Positions 27,265 to 40,051 of a DNA stretch of 64,000 nt are shown here, in pieces (positions within the stretch are counted from its first letter, which is position 1; each line of letters opens with the position of its first letter). The DNA comes from Takakia lepidozioides. Its lineage: Eukaryota; Plantae; Bryophyta. The notes under the pieces are model-generated. The model was not told the origin of the DNA, did no database searches, and was given only the letters and a program-made list of their open reading frames with translations. Both the position numbers and the translations under genes were made by a program. The stretch spans positions 73,780,001 to 73,844,000 of the forward strand of contig CM060731.1 in assembly GCA_030704615.1 (NCBI GenBank). Direction: 5' to 3'.

Positions 27265-27600
27265 TTTTTGCACCTGTCACAAGGCATTTGACAGCCAAAA
27301 AACGGCCTGAAGGCAAAAACAAAAAATTGCCTGTCACAGTGAAAGGCAAAAAGGAAAATGGCCTGTCAAAAGAAAGGTAAAAATTACAAAGGAAATGTAC
27401 AAGCACATCGGCTGGTAAGTTAAGTGCACAATGCGTCGCCTTGGTGGTTCAAGGTTCAAAGCCGCTGCCCTGCTCCCTGTGGGGATTGTTTGTGGCGTTA
27501 TCTGGATGTTATCGTCCGTTGTGCCTCCCTGGCCCATAAATGAAAGGGGTTATTTTTCCCCGTCCTCAAGGGCACTGAATTGTGGGCTGTCAGTTGCGTG
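27265..27600 (+). mobile_element. CCTGTCA cluster followed by degenerate SINE-like copy C
   Basis: Three CCTGTCA, then TTAAGTGCAC...TGGTTCAAGGTTCAAAGCC and CATAAATGAAAGGGGTTATTTT...CTGAATTGTGGGCTGT. Confidence 0.4.
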
Positions 27601-28489
27601 TTGCATGCAGCTTACTCTTCAGGGGGTCTTGGGTTCTACCTTCAATGAAAGCTACATTGGGCCATGAGTAGAGCTGTGTGGTTTGTGATCGGGTCTTAAG
27701 TCCTGACCATTGCTTTGCAATATGTATTTGACTCTAGCTGCTTTGGTACGCTCGACCACGTCATTTCTGTTTATTGGAAGAATACAATCCCAAGATTAGC
27801 TACCTGAATTTTGATGATTTTGATCTTCGAAGCGTTCTCATCGGTGATTTTTTCCTTTAAATTTGAAAAATAGCACGAGTGGCTATTAAGTTTTACAGGA
27901 AATAGCTATATATTCTGTTCATCCATTGAAATTTGGATAGAATCATCCTCCTATGTATTTTCATCCATTTATATCATCCATTGTTATTTTATCTTTGTAG
28001 AAGTTTGGCGATTTCATCCATGGAAAATTGGGGATTTATGACGGAATATTCCATTTTAAAATTTTAAGGTTTCGCCAAGGCAGAAAACACTGGTTCTCAT
28101 ATACTCCGGGTTGTGAAATGGCAACTTTAGTCATTTAGCGCTCAAAGATTTACTTCAAGAAACAGGCACTTGGGCCTTAAGTTCACAACGTAGTAGTTCG
28201 GGGATGCAGCTATTGAGAGCCTCGCCTGCATGCAAAGACTGGTTGTCCAAGTCCCTCCGCGCTCTGTTGGACACATTGTGACCGGCACTTATAATTAGGA
28301 CCCCAGCAATTTGCACTTTCATAGGTGTGGTGCCCATGATCCAGGGAGTCTTCCAAGGTCCAGCAAGCAACATAGTCTAAGTGATTGAGCCCCCAAAGAT
28401 GTATAAGAAGTTCACACTTCAAACTACACACTTCTTTTCATTTTTTATTTTTTATTTCGTATGACATGGTTGTGTGAAAGGTCAAAATC

Positions 28490-28645
28490 TTGTCAACCTG
28501 TCATGTGAAAGTCAAAAAAAAATTAACCTGTCACAAAAAAGGTCGGGCTACCTGTCAAAAAACAACACTGACAGTCGGTAGCTTAGTTGGTTAGTGCACC
28601 GAGTATCACCCAGATGGTTCTGGGGTCAAATCTTGCTACTTTGAC
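28490..28645 (+). mobile_element. ACCTGTCA cluster followed by tRNA-like head, SINE-like copy D
   Basis: Three ACCTGTCA, then box-A-like TAGCTTAGTTGG and box-B-like GGGTCAAATC. Confidence 0.45.
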
Positions 28646-29033
28646 GGGTGTGGTATACACGTATACACTTCGCCCCCCTGGGTGGAAAGAATGTGGGGGC
28701 CCAGCAGGGCGGTAGAGGGAATGAATGGCGGGCTGGGCATGCATAAAGATCAGCGAGGCGAGTCCAGTTGGCGGGTTTGCAATGCGATCACACATGTGTT
28801 CTTTGGTAAGTGGTAGTTGGAATGCGAAAGGGAGAGAGATGGGAGAGAGGAGGGGAGGTGAGAGTGTCCAAATTGTGCGGATGAGAGCGGATGAGGGAGA
28901 AGTTTGCGGGTTTTGTTGCGGAGGAGGAGATCAGGAATGGGTTGTGGTGGATTTTTCTGAAATGGGAATGGAGATGGAGTGAGATGTTGGTGGAGCAGGA
29001 GGCGTAAGTGTGGGAGAGGCTTGGATCACGCAC

Positions 29034-32000
29034 ATGGATGATGGGTGTTGTCCACTTCCTCCCAAGCTTCGACGCAGCGTGACCTCTCACTGGCATCACG
29101 AGCGCCGGTTGTGGCATGAGCGGAATGACGTGAAGAAATCTCCTCTTGTTCGTAGGCATAGATCAAAGCACGAGAGGGTGACGTTCTCTGAGCGGCAGCG
29201 TCTGCGGACAGTGGGCGAGCTCAAGGAACCCCAGATCAATTCCTTCGACCAGTTGCCCCCAGTGCCTCACCGTGTGAAAACTACCGTCACTTTTTCGGAG
29301 AGACAGAGATTGAGGAAAAGAGGATTGCTAAGCAGATTGTTTGTTTCTGAGGATGAGGCGTTTGATTCCTTGGACCAGCTCTTTCCGGGGGCGCGGGCTG
29401 ATTACTCTCCACCCGACTCGCCCTATGGGTCACCGGACTCGCCGGATTCTTTTCATGCTCGAAGGTTGAGGAAATTGAATTCTACTGGCTTTAAGCAAAG
29501 TTCGTTCAAGAATTTTGGTGCGGTTGCTGACCAGATTAGCAGAAGAAATGTTCTCCCCGAATTTCCAGAGCAGTCTGATTGTTCTTCTGATGAAAAAGAG
29601 GAAGAACTCGAAGCGAGCAGCCAGCCAGAGAGAAAGACCAAGTTTAGGTTGGCATTGAAATTGGGTACAAATGGTAGAAGGTTGCTTAGTGGGGCGCTGG
29701 CAGGGGCTTTCTCGCGCACGGTTGTAGCGCCTCTAGAGACCATTCGAACACATTTAATGGTAGGAAGCCATGGCCATTCTGCTACAGAGGTGTTTGATTG
29801 GATAATATCGCATGAAGGATGGACCGGCCTTTTTCGGGGAAACACTATCAATGTGATACGCGTGGCGCCCAGTAAGGCAATTGAGGTGAGCCCCCAATTC
29901 GAATACAGCTAAGTGCTTTGGATATCCTACCCATCCAAGACTTTCTCCTGTCCCTCCCCCCCACCCACCAAGATGAGCACCTTAATTTTGCTGTCTCGGA
30001 TTCTTGGGTGAATGTTGCGTTCATTGTGGGGCATTTTCTTCTTCATGACTTGTGAGTAACCTTTTCCTGGGCCTGTATATCTCTTTCTTTTGGTAATGAG
30101 ATGAGGGAGATAGGAGACAGGTGCTAAAAAGGGCTTTCATACGTCTTTCTCAGGTCTATCAATCTATTTCCCTCTCTCCAGCTCTCTTTCACCTCTGCAA
30201 TCCTTTCTTTTTCTGAAGAAAAATGAACACATCTCTCTCTCTCTCACAGATGTGTTCCATTACGAGGATCAGAAATGCTTCTGCATGATTTGTGGACTGT
30301 TAGATAATCCCTTGATCAATAGTTGTTTTTGGGCTGCTTGTTGAGAGCCCCACTCTCTTTTGTTTCATCCCTTCTCTTGTCCCACGAGCTCTTTGAGCTT
30401 CCCTGGATGTTATAAATTCCCTCTCTCTCGCTCTCTCTCTCTCTCTCTTGGAGCGATTGGAACTTCAGTCACGCTCTGTTAACGCAAGAAATGAAGTCGA
30501 AAGAGCAGTGGACTCTTGGGAGAGTTTCGTTTCCTCCGTGGCTGACAAGATCATTGGGAGGAAACTAATTGTCTGCGGTAGAGCAGTTAATTGGTGGACT
30601 AATGAGATTAAACTCAAGATAGCTGAGAGACGAGCCCTCTATAAAGAGTGCTGCAATTTGGAAACCAACAGAGAATTGTGGATGAGGTACTACCAGCTCC
30701 GTAAAGATATCAATCAGCTTGTTAGGTCTCAGAAGAAATTATACTGGGACAAGTTATACAGTGAAATAAACTCAAACCACGGTAATGACAAGAAATTCTG
30801 GTTGGCCCTTCAACGTTTGTACAAGCCGAAAAACGGTCAGCAAGTACAAGCGCTGAAGACTACTAAAGGTGCAGTGGTGACTTCATCGGTTGACATTGTC
30901 AAAACCTTTGAAACTCACTACAGTATCCTTGGCAGAACTTCTAGGTCTAACAGTGAGGGGTCTTCTGCTGAATGGAGGGACACAGTTGGAAAAACTGTTC
31001 CTATGATTCAAAACAGCCCTGATGAACTGGAGTATATTTCAATGGCTTATAATGCTCCCATTAGTTCTTCTGAGATTGTGGAAGCAATTGAACATTTAAA
31101 TGGATATAAAGCTGGTGGACCTGATGGAATTGTCAACGAGCTTATCAAGCACGGTGGCGATCCCATGATAGAGGCCCTAGTTCTCCTCTTTAACCTTATC
31201 TGGAAGACTGAAATGATCCCCGTTCGCTGGCGACAGGGGGTCATTGTCAATCTATACAAGAAGGGTGACAGAGAAGAACCGGGGAACTACCGTGGTATCA
31301 CGCTCCTCAATGCTGTTGGCAAGACATTCTGCAGAGTTATAAGTACTCGTCTCGAGGTTGATCTGGAGTCTAGAGGTTGTTTCCACGAAGGCCAAGCTGG
31401 CTTTCGGTGAAACAGGGGCTGTGTGGATCATATCTTCACTCTAAGCCAGATTATCCAGGGAAGGAAAAAAGAAGGGAAACCCACTTATGTCTTTTTCCTG
31501 GATGTCAAAAAGGCTTATGACACAGTGTGGAGAGATGGCCTATGGTTCCGCCTCTGGTCTTGTGGAATCAAGGGAAAGATGTGGAGAGTTGTCCACAACT
31601 TGTATGCTCACACCAAAAGCTGTGTCACTGTTAACGGACAGAAGTCCAACTTCTTTGACATAGACCAAGGTGTAGCTCAAGGATGTACTCTCTCCCCTCT
31701 GCTCTTCAATGTTTTCATCAATCAACTCCTCGAGGATGTGGAAAGTGAGGGATTTGGGTTAAGGGTGGGTGATACCACCATACCAGCCCTTATGTTTGCG
31801 GATTACTTCGCAGGCATAGGGGAGACTCCAACCAATCTCCAGGAGTTGATTGATTGCGCGAAGAGATACTTTGATCTTTGGGGGCTAGAGGCTAATGTCA
31901 GCAAATGTGCAGTGGTAGCATTCAACGACAGAGGAGAGGGAGGAAGTGATCTTAAGTGGCAGTGGGGTAGCCAAGAGATCCCGGTCCTCCCTTCCTACAC

Positions 32001-33138
32001 TTACCTGGGCGTTGAGTTCTCCTCCAATTGTAATTGGGATGCACATATCCGGAAAGTTGTTCAAACTGGCAAGGGCAAAGCTCTGGGGCTCACTAAATTT
32101 TTCCACTGCAGAGGGGTCAACTCTGAGGTTAAGAAAACCATGCTTTGTCGCGTTATTAGACCTGCCTTGGAGTACGGATCTGCTATATGGGTTGATAACT
32201 CCAACCAGGCTAAGTCTCTAGAATCCATTCAAGTGGGGGTGCTTAAGGAGTGTATGTCAGCATGCTCCAAAACAGCCAATGTGCTGTTCGGGGTGAGTTT
32301 GGCATTCCGTCCTTAAGCTCCCGACGAGATGAATTCAAGGTCAGATGGTGGGGTCAGCTGCAACATATGCCCAACACCAGATATCCTAAGTTAATCGACT
32401 CTATATCTTGGAAACAGGACCGCCCTGTCAAACAGGCTAAGTCCTGGCAGAAGAGAGTAGAAGAGATCCTCAAGGACCTGGACCTGGATCCGCAAGTCTT
32501 GACCCTGCTGGATAAATCTGACTTAGAGGCTGTAGTGTCCTCAGCTATGTCTGTTGCCATGAGATTGTCTGATGAAAATGAAGTTAGGCAGAAAACTTCC
32601 CTGAACTTGTTTCCAGTCTGTGACATGGGGGAGGACATCTTGGATGACCTCAAGGGTCTACCCACTCTCGGCACTAGACTGAAATTTAAACTCAGGGCAG
32701 GAAGCCTACCTTTGAACAGCAAACAGAAGCAGAGAGGAAAGGGAGAGTGCAATTGCCCGTTGTGTGGGCAATCTGAAGACAGTATTCATTTTCTGATACA
32801 CTGTCCGGGGTTCTCTCACCAAAGAGAGGCTCTCTTCAAATCTATTAAGGGAATTGTGCCTGTACCCCTGTTTACCAACTTTGAAAGTCTCGAGGCTGAG
32901 CCAAAAGCCCAGGCCCTCCTGAGGCCTAGTTTTTGGGCAAATCACACACAGCAGATTGATGCTTGTGTGAAGGGATTTCTAGAGGATATCTGGAAAACCC
33001 GGATTAATTCTTTATATGGAGGTAAGTCTTACTACCAACGTCAGCCCCTGACAGAGGTAGGTTCTGTCCCTTTTGTTCCCGGTCAAACTGGGCGCGGGGT
33101 CAATGGCCACAAGGCTACGGCAAACAACGTCTTATGAG

Positions 33139-33178
<40 letters not shown>

Positions 33179-35524
33179 CCCCATCCCAGCTGTAAACCCT
33201 TATTGTGAGCCACTGTTACCAATATTTTTGGGTTGCACAACATCGCATATGCATGTGGTTTTTTGCCAACTTCCTTTCTCTATTCTTCTGCAGGCATCAA
33301 ATTAAGCACCCAGGTTGGCCATACACATTATTAACAAATTTGACTTATATATCAGACCTATACCTCTACCCCTACTCTGATGAAAATTAATTACTTGTAT
33401 CTTAATGAGATAAGCATCTTTATAATGAGATGGTTTATGGGTGTGGATGCAGCTCTTTGCATACGATTCAGTGAAGGGACTCTTGAGCCCTAAGGAAGGG
33501 AAGCCTACCTTTTTGGCATCTTTGCCGGTGTCACCTATGGCAGGGTCATGTGCAGGCATTTTATCCACTATTTGCATGTACCCTCTTGAGCTGCTGAAAA
33601 CTCGCCTCACTATTCAGGTAAGGACATAGGCAAACTCAAAATTTCTGCTGTGAATTTTCTCTTGGAATATCCACTCTGAACTGTCGATTGGTTCGCAACA
33701 GTATTCATAGATCCAAAGTAGAGCTAGTCAAGTCCATGTAAGTTCCTCGTAGTGTCCACTCTCTTCGTGTTGCCATAGTTCAGAAGTTAGGTTACTTCTC
33801 CTTCAGCCTTTGCCTGCTCGTCTTCCAAGTGTGAAGAGTGGCCTCTAACCTTATAGGGCAGCTGCTGTAGGTTAAGACCTCATGAGAAACCCTATTGAGT
33901 CATCACGTCTTCTGTTTTTCTGTTCTGTTCTAGGTCAACATTTCTGAGCAGGACAACAGGATTAGGCAATTCTTGAGTGTTGTTACAAAGAACATAGCCA
34001 CATTAAGGAAAGAGAATGTACTCATAAGATGTTGTTTTCCATAGCCTTGTGGCCATAGACCCTGCACCCAGTTTGGGTGGAAAGATTGTACTCATAAGAC
34101 GTTGTTTGCCGTAGCCTTGTGGCCATTGGGTGGAAAGAGAGGGAGAGAGAGTAATGTCCATTTTTTCCAGGGGGAAGTAGAATCGTAGTTAATCTTTGAG
34201 GTTATGTGGGTGTGTTTTGATATGGCCAGCCGGGTGAGTACCGAGGGATACTCAATGCCATATGGAGGATAATCACCGAGGAAGGAATCTTGGAGCTGTA
34301 CCGTGGCTTGGGTCCAAGTGTGATTGGAGTAATTCCGTATGCGGGTGTGAATTACTATACCTATGATTCTTTGCGCTCACTCTACAAGAGGGTGAGTAAG
34401 ACAGATAGTATTGGTAACCTTCAGACTTTGTTGATTGGTTCTTTGGCGGGAGCTGTGGCAAGCACAACCACATTTCCATTAGAGGTGGCGCGCAAACAAA
34501 TGCAGGTGGGCACCCTTTCTTGTTTCATGATTCGTCAAAGCTATGATGAGTTTGTGGGATTATGGGTCCTTATACCTCTTGTGCAACTTGAGAACAAACA
34601 CACATTGATTTCATTACAAAAGCATGAAGTGTCTAAGTTGCCATTTCCAAATTACTCCCGTGGACTGTTCTGAAACAAATCTCTGGTCAGGCGATGGATT
34701 TTCCATGGCTTATGGGGTTGGTAAACTCAAATCTAGAAGGGTGTTCTATGCTTGTTGTTGGAGTCATAAAGCTCTATACACGTCCCTCGCATGAAGCAAG
34801 AGGGGACAAATTGTGAGGGGAGGGAGGTCATACCAACCGGCAACATGTACATCCAGGATAAGCTTCTTAGACGGAGTATATCTAATGTAGCAGTGGACAG
34901 TTTATGGTCTTAGATGAGTGATTACAATTGCTTTTTCTAATATTCCAACCTTGATTGATTTTTAAGATGCAATAGTCCCCACAGTGGCCATATTGTCCCA
35001 GGAGGAACTAAAAGGAGGTCATAGTATTCAGCTGTCCATAGTTGAAGCAGACTCTGAACACTTCAGAAGCTTCTAGTGACTGTCTTTCCTATTGTTGGCT
35101 AGCACTGACAAGCAAAGTTAATCAATTATTCGCCATCAAGAATGTGAATGTTGACCAGATTCACCATAAAAGTGCATATTGGAAAATGAAACTGTACTTG
35201 AGAGAAAGGGCATAGACAAGTATAGAAGTGGTATAAGCAGTATGATGGGTATACGATAATAAGTAAAGACGATTGAAGTGCAAAATGAGGTTAAATACAA
35301 CAATAACATTTGAGTTGTGGTGTGTGCAGGTAGGAGCAATAAAAGGGAGGATAGTGTATACTAGCACATTGGATGCCTTGAGGGGCATTATGAAGGAACA
35401 AGGGGTTAAGGGTTTGTATCGAGGCCTAGGGCCCAGCTGCCTGAAGCTGATGCCAGCTGCAGGGCTCTCTTTCATGTGCTATGAAGCACTGAAGAGAATT
35501 CTGTTGGAAGAAGAACGAATTTGA
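29034..35524 (+). CDS. BT1: Mitochondrial-carrier-family adenine nucleotide transporter, Brittle1-like; exons 29034-29885, 33453-33617, 34230-34505, 35330-35524 (~495 aa)
   Basis: RRLLSGALAGAFSRTVVAPLETIRTHLMVGS, GLFRGN..NVIRVAPSKAIE|LFAYD, YPLELLKTRLTIQ, FPLEVARKQMQVGA, GLYRGLGPSC.KLMPAAGLSFMCYEA. All introns are phase-0 GT-AG. Confidence 0.93.
30449..33143 (+). mobile_element. 5'-truncated, inactivated LINE (RTE-X-like) in BT1 intron 1, flanked on both sides by (CT)n
   Basis: RT motifs KAGGPDGI, GNYRGITLL, QAGFR, FLDVKKAYDTVWRDGLW, GVAQGCTLSPLLF, FADY (for FADD), YTYLG; C-terminal CPLC..EDSIHFLIHC. Stop at 31408, frameshift near 32280. (CT)n at 30420-30448 and 33144-33176. Confidence 0.92.
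34018..34126. repeat. Small direct duplication (~39 bp) in BT1 intron 2
   Basis: GTACTCATAAGA.GTTGTTT.CC.TAGCCTTGTGGCCAT occurs twice. Confidence 0.8.
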
Positions 35525-36437
35525 TCATTCTTTCTTGTTTCAACCAATTATTGTCTGTGATAAGTTAAAGCTCTGATATGAGGAAGGCCAAGTGGTTGTT
35601 TAGAATGTTCCCTTCTATTCAACTCTAAGGGAAAAAGAGGGGGGTCTGTCACTGCTGTGTCAAGCAAAGCTTGGTCTGGTTGGGGTGCCCCCTAATGAGC
35701 TCTCAATTCCCCAAAAAATATCAAGAGAATGGCATTCCTTATGTGGTTTCAAAGCGGATTGTTTTTGTCGAAGTTCTGTTTCAATGCTGATAGAGGCTCA
35801 TAAACATTCAGGCACTCCACGCGGTAAGCCTTGCTGTTGAGTGAGGGCTAAATAGTTTGACTGTGTCACCCATCACCACCTTCCATGGACACCGAGTTTT
35901 TCATCTCCTTGTGCTGCCACTAAAGAAAACTCACAGAAACCCTTGCGATGTGCGGTTGTGATGTGCGGTTGTCAAGTGCAAGAGAAAATAGTTTTTCTGG
36001 AGATTCTTTTGGCAATTCTCCCTCTCTTGTTCTACCACACTTCTTGAACACTGGAAATTCTGCCATAATTCACCATAGGGGTTTCATCTTATTATGGACT
36101 GTAATGTGGTAACCAGGATTTGAACTCAGAACAGTGTACACTATCCCCCAATTGGTGGTTACAATTTTACTTTTTAATTTAGTGTCCCATCTTTGCTCCT
36201 TGACGGTTGTCGGTTCTTGCTCTGATTTGGTGAGTCTATAAATGCCCTCTTCTCCTCTCCTTCACAGATTACTGGACTTTTCACCACAACTACTTAATTC
36301 TATGTGGGATGTGGATCTCTCTTCTTTCCTTGTTGTTCTTGCTATCATGAGTGATTTCCGAACCTTTGAACAATTTCGATCCTTTCTGTTTCTGGGTTGA
36401 ATCTCCTTTTCTCCCTGTCACCCAGTTCCACTTAGCA

Positions 36438-39011
36438 ATGATGATGTGGGAAATGGACAAGCACGACAAGGACGACGGTGAGGAGAAACCATTCGTGGGC
36501 CAGTCGCTCACGGGAGCTCCCCACAGATTCACTCTTATGCCCACCCCACACAAGCACACTCAGTATGTTAATGGACTCTTCATGTTAGTCTATGTTTTAT
36601 TGCGGTAGTTGATCTGGAAATTGAATCTGAAAATTTGGCCTGTTGGTTTGTTTGGGACTATACCTCCGTTCTCTCTCACACATAGGTCCCTCCCCCATCT
36701 GCTAGATATCAACAAGACAAGCTCCAAGGTGACCTTCAAATTTTCATTGTTGTTGCTTATATATGTAGTCAAGGTGTATGACGATTCCATTTTTAAGGAA
36801 GTCAAATTATGTTACTACGATTGTAGAGGGCGGCCTGTCTCTTACATGTATAGTTACCAAAATCAGAAGCATGGCTTGGTGTTGACCAGCAGAATGTATC
36901 AAAGAAGTATGGGGGGATTGAGTCCTGTGAATTCGTAGTATATATGATGGTGTGTGGGTCGGGGCAGACTGCCATATGTGACGGGGACATCGGTCTTGGG
37001 AATTAAATACAAAGACGGTGTTCTGATTGCTGCGGACACTGCTGGTATGGTCTTCACTCTTCTCATCCTCCTCCTATTACTGTCATGTCGTGTTGCGCAT
37101 CTTGGATCCCTGTATTTTACTCTCTCCCTCGTCGAGTGCATACTTTCTGTCGTTGTTTCGTTGCACTTCCGTTGTTTGTTTTTTATGCTCTTCTCCCATG
37201 TAAACTTTGCTTGTTGTCCCAGGCTTAGTTTTTCCCTTTTTCACCGCACTGCAACTCGCAAGTAGAATGACAGCCAAAGTTTCGAATCCTGCAAAGTAGA
37301 AGGGATACAGTAGCAGTGGTACAGATCTTTCTGTCTGCGCGATAGAACCAATGCGAGTCCTCATGTCAACGCTGAATCACCCGTAAGTAGATTTTCGTTG
37401 GCTGTACACGATATCTCTGGCTCTGGCACTGAATCTACGAACATCTTCATCACCGCCGAAATTCAGTGGGAACAGTCTGTCTAGGCTGTTGGTATTTTTG
37501 TGTTAACTGTCATGTTTTGCTCGGAGCACCCTCTCTCGGCAGGCCTACACTTCAGAACTTTTCCATGCTCTTTCTCTCATATTCATCATTAATCGCTTTT
37601 CCACTTGTGAACAACTGCAAGGTTGCGTTGAGATTTCCAGTATTCAAAGTACCTAATGGTGTCCGAATTTTCTGTTTGGACGACTAGGACAGGATGACAA
37701 AAACTCTTCGACTCTTGATCACACACCTGCTGCATCCATGTGGCGGCAGGGTCCTATGGGTCGACGACAAGGTACAAGAGTGTGGAGCGCTTGAAGGCGG
37801 TGGGCAAGACTACACTACTTGGGGCCTCCGGCGAAATCAGTGACTTCCAAGCTATCCTGAACCTGCTGAATAGACTGATGTATGTCTTTTCAGTTCCTAC
37901 TGAACACACGTAAAGTAAGAAGAAAAAATCATGGTGACCCAAGACCCAAGAAGGAGCCCATTGAACCTATACTCCCTGCTGGGGACGATGCAGATTGACC
38001 GACGCAATGTGGGATGATGGAAACCACTTGGGGCCCACTGACATCCACAACTACCTCACTCGTGTCATGTACAACCGTCGCAACAAGTTCGACCCTCTTT
38101 GGAATAGCCTTGTGCTCGGTGGCGTCAAGAATGGCGTCAAGTATCTGGGTACGGTATGTTCCTCAGTCCTCAATGCTCATCCTCTCATATCCCGGTCAGC
38201 GTTCGTATCTGTATCTAGTACCTTAGTGTTACTGGAGAATTTTGATAGCTGCTGTAAACTTGAATAACGGGGTCAGTTACCTGTCAGTGCTCATGCAGTT
38301 CCCATATATCAGGCATAGATCACCCTCCTATAGTTCTTGGGATGTTTCTGAACAGCGGTCATTTCTGGTTTGAAATCCACCAGGTGAGCATGATAGGCGT
38401 GCATTATGAGGACTGCCATATAGCAACGGGATTTGGCATTCATCTCGCTCGACCCATAATTCGGAACGACTGGAAAGAGGACATGACGTTGGAGGAAGGC
38501 ACGAAGTTGCTGGAGAAGTGCATGCTGATTCTCTTCTATCGTGACCGGTCCTCCATCAACAAGATCCAAGTATATTACTTTTCTTCGCAAAACAACTTTG
38601 AAGTAACGGTAGTTCAATACATTGCCCTTTGCCATGCATGCTGCTAGTGCCTGTAAAGACTTCGTGCAGCCGTGGATCTAAGAGTAAGTCCGAACTCTTG
38701 CCTCCAACGGTGCATGCCTCTGCCAAATTTGGGTGATCCACACTGCCTAGTGCACTTCTCATGTCTCTCTTAGACACTGTTCAGGTGGGTAATCTAAACT
38801 GGAAAATAAAAAGCTACTCTCCAGTCCAGGCAGCCAGTTGTCTAAGGATATCAAGTGCAAAGGCTAATGCACCAAGAATTGTTTGACTGCTCTGTAGGTG
38901 GCCAATATTACAGAGGACGGAGTAAAAATTTCAGATCCCTATGCACTCAATACCGACTGGAGTTACCAAGCGTTCCACAACCCCACAGCTTCTGCAGCAG
39001 GCTCTTGGTAA
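36438..39011 (+). CDS. PBG1: 20S proteasome subunit beta type-4 (beta-7), 6 exons
   Basis: TQ|LPYVTGTSVLGIKYKDGVLIAAD, SYGSTTRYKSVER, LGASGEISDFQ, YLTRVMYNRRNKFDPLWNSLVLGGV, ATGFG.HLARPI, YRDRSSINKIQ, ending AGSW*. Confidence 0.95.
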
Positions 39012-39381
39012 TTGCAGGTTTTGAAGAAAGCAAGGAGAAGAGCTTTCCCCGCCTCTCCAAACTCTGGGGGCGTAGTTGATGTAATAACAAGCAGATTCTA
39101 GTATTAAATTGCACGCCAGCAGTTACAACATGTCTCGCATTCAACTCAAGAGATCAGAGTAGAGAGGTCATATAAAGGGCACCAGTGCTGCTGTAGGTAG
39201 GAGTTCCAGTGAGGTTGGGGATGGGAGGGGGAGAACAGTTGTCTATGGGCCCAAACTCGATGCACATCATACACATGCATACAAAACAGTGATAAAGAGT
39301 GAAAACAGAGAATGGATCAAATCTTTGAACCAAATGCAGCTCCATGTCCATGCACTACAAAAAGATGGGGAGGATCAAGAG

Positions 39382-39755
39382 GCCTCTCATTTTACAATAA
39401 TTGGGACGTTATGGCGCACGCGCGAGCTGACCGGTGGGCCCCGCGCACGGACGCCCGGCTGCCCGGCCGCGCCCACCTACTGCCGCCCCTACCAGCCGTA
39501 CCGCGCTCCGCCGCGCCCCCAGTCCGGTGCGGCCAGTCCGCTGCCCTTGAGTCCAGTTCCCTCGGTCCGCCAAACCGCCAGTCTGTCGGCCAGTCTGCTC
39601 TGCACGCCAGTCCGCTGTGCCAGTCCCCGCAAGTCCACCCAACAGTCCGTTGTGCCCGTCTGCTGCCCCAGTCTGCCAGTCTGCCAGTCTACCAATCCGC
39701 GCCGGCCGAAGGATTTGGATCGTCCATTCTGAGAAACCCATCCGCGTCATCCATG
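39382..39755 (+). repeat. Left long TIR
   Basis: Inverted similarity to 52383-52652 extends to GATCGTCCATTCTGAGAAACCCATCCG..CATCCATG. The left copy has an extra ~80 bp at 39422-39500. Confidence 0.92.
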
Positions 39756-40051
39756 CCAGTCCGCTGTGCCAATCCCGGCCAGTCCACCCAACAGTGTGCC
39801 CGCCAGTCCGCCGCCCATGAGTCCGCTTTCCTCCAGTCCACTGATGATGCCGCATCTGGACCGTCCGTTCACAAATGCCATCTGAGCCCTCCATTTTTAG
39901 GGCATGAATTGAAACCTTATCCCTGCCGTCTGCCACTTGTCAGCGCCGCGAACGTGCGCATTGATGCTCCTTGCACATTGTCCATCGTGTCCAGTGTATT
40001 GCGGCGCGTTTCTTGCAGGTTCTGAAGCGTGTCCTCTATGCTATACAGGGC

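Noticed and set aside
28155-28431. Cys-containing short minus-strand ORFs (defensin-like?)
   Set aside because: No signal peptide or consistent cysteine spacing.
28578-28650. Possible tRNA gene
   Set aside because: Box A/B-like motifs are present, but I could not form a convincing cloverleaf or acceptor stem; treated as SINE-like.
39289-40025. Overlapping ORFs in the left TIR, and their mirror images at 52239-52642
   Set aside because: GC-rich TIR and subterminal repeats read through in several frames, with no protein motifs.
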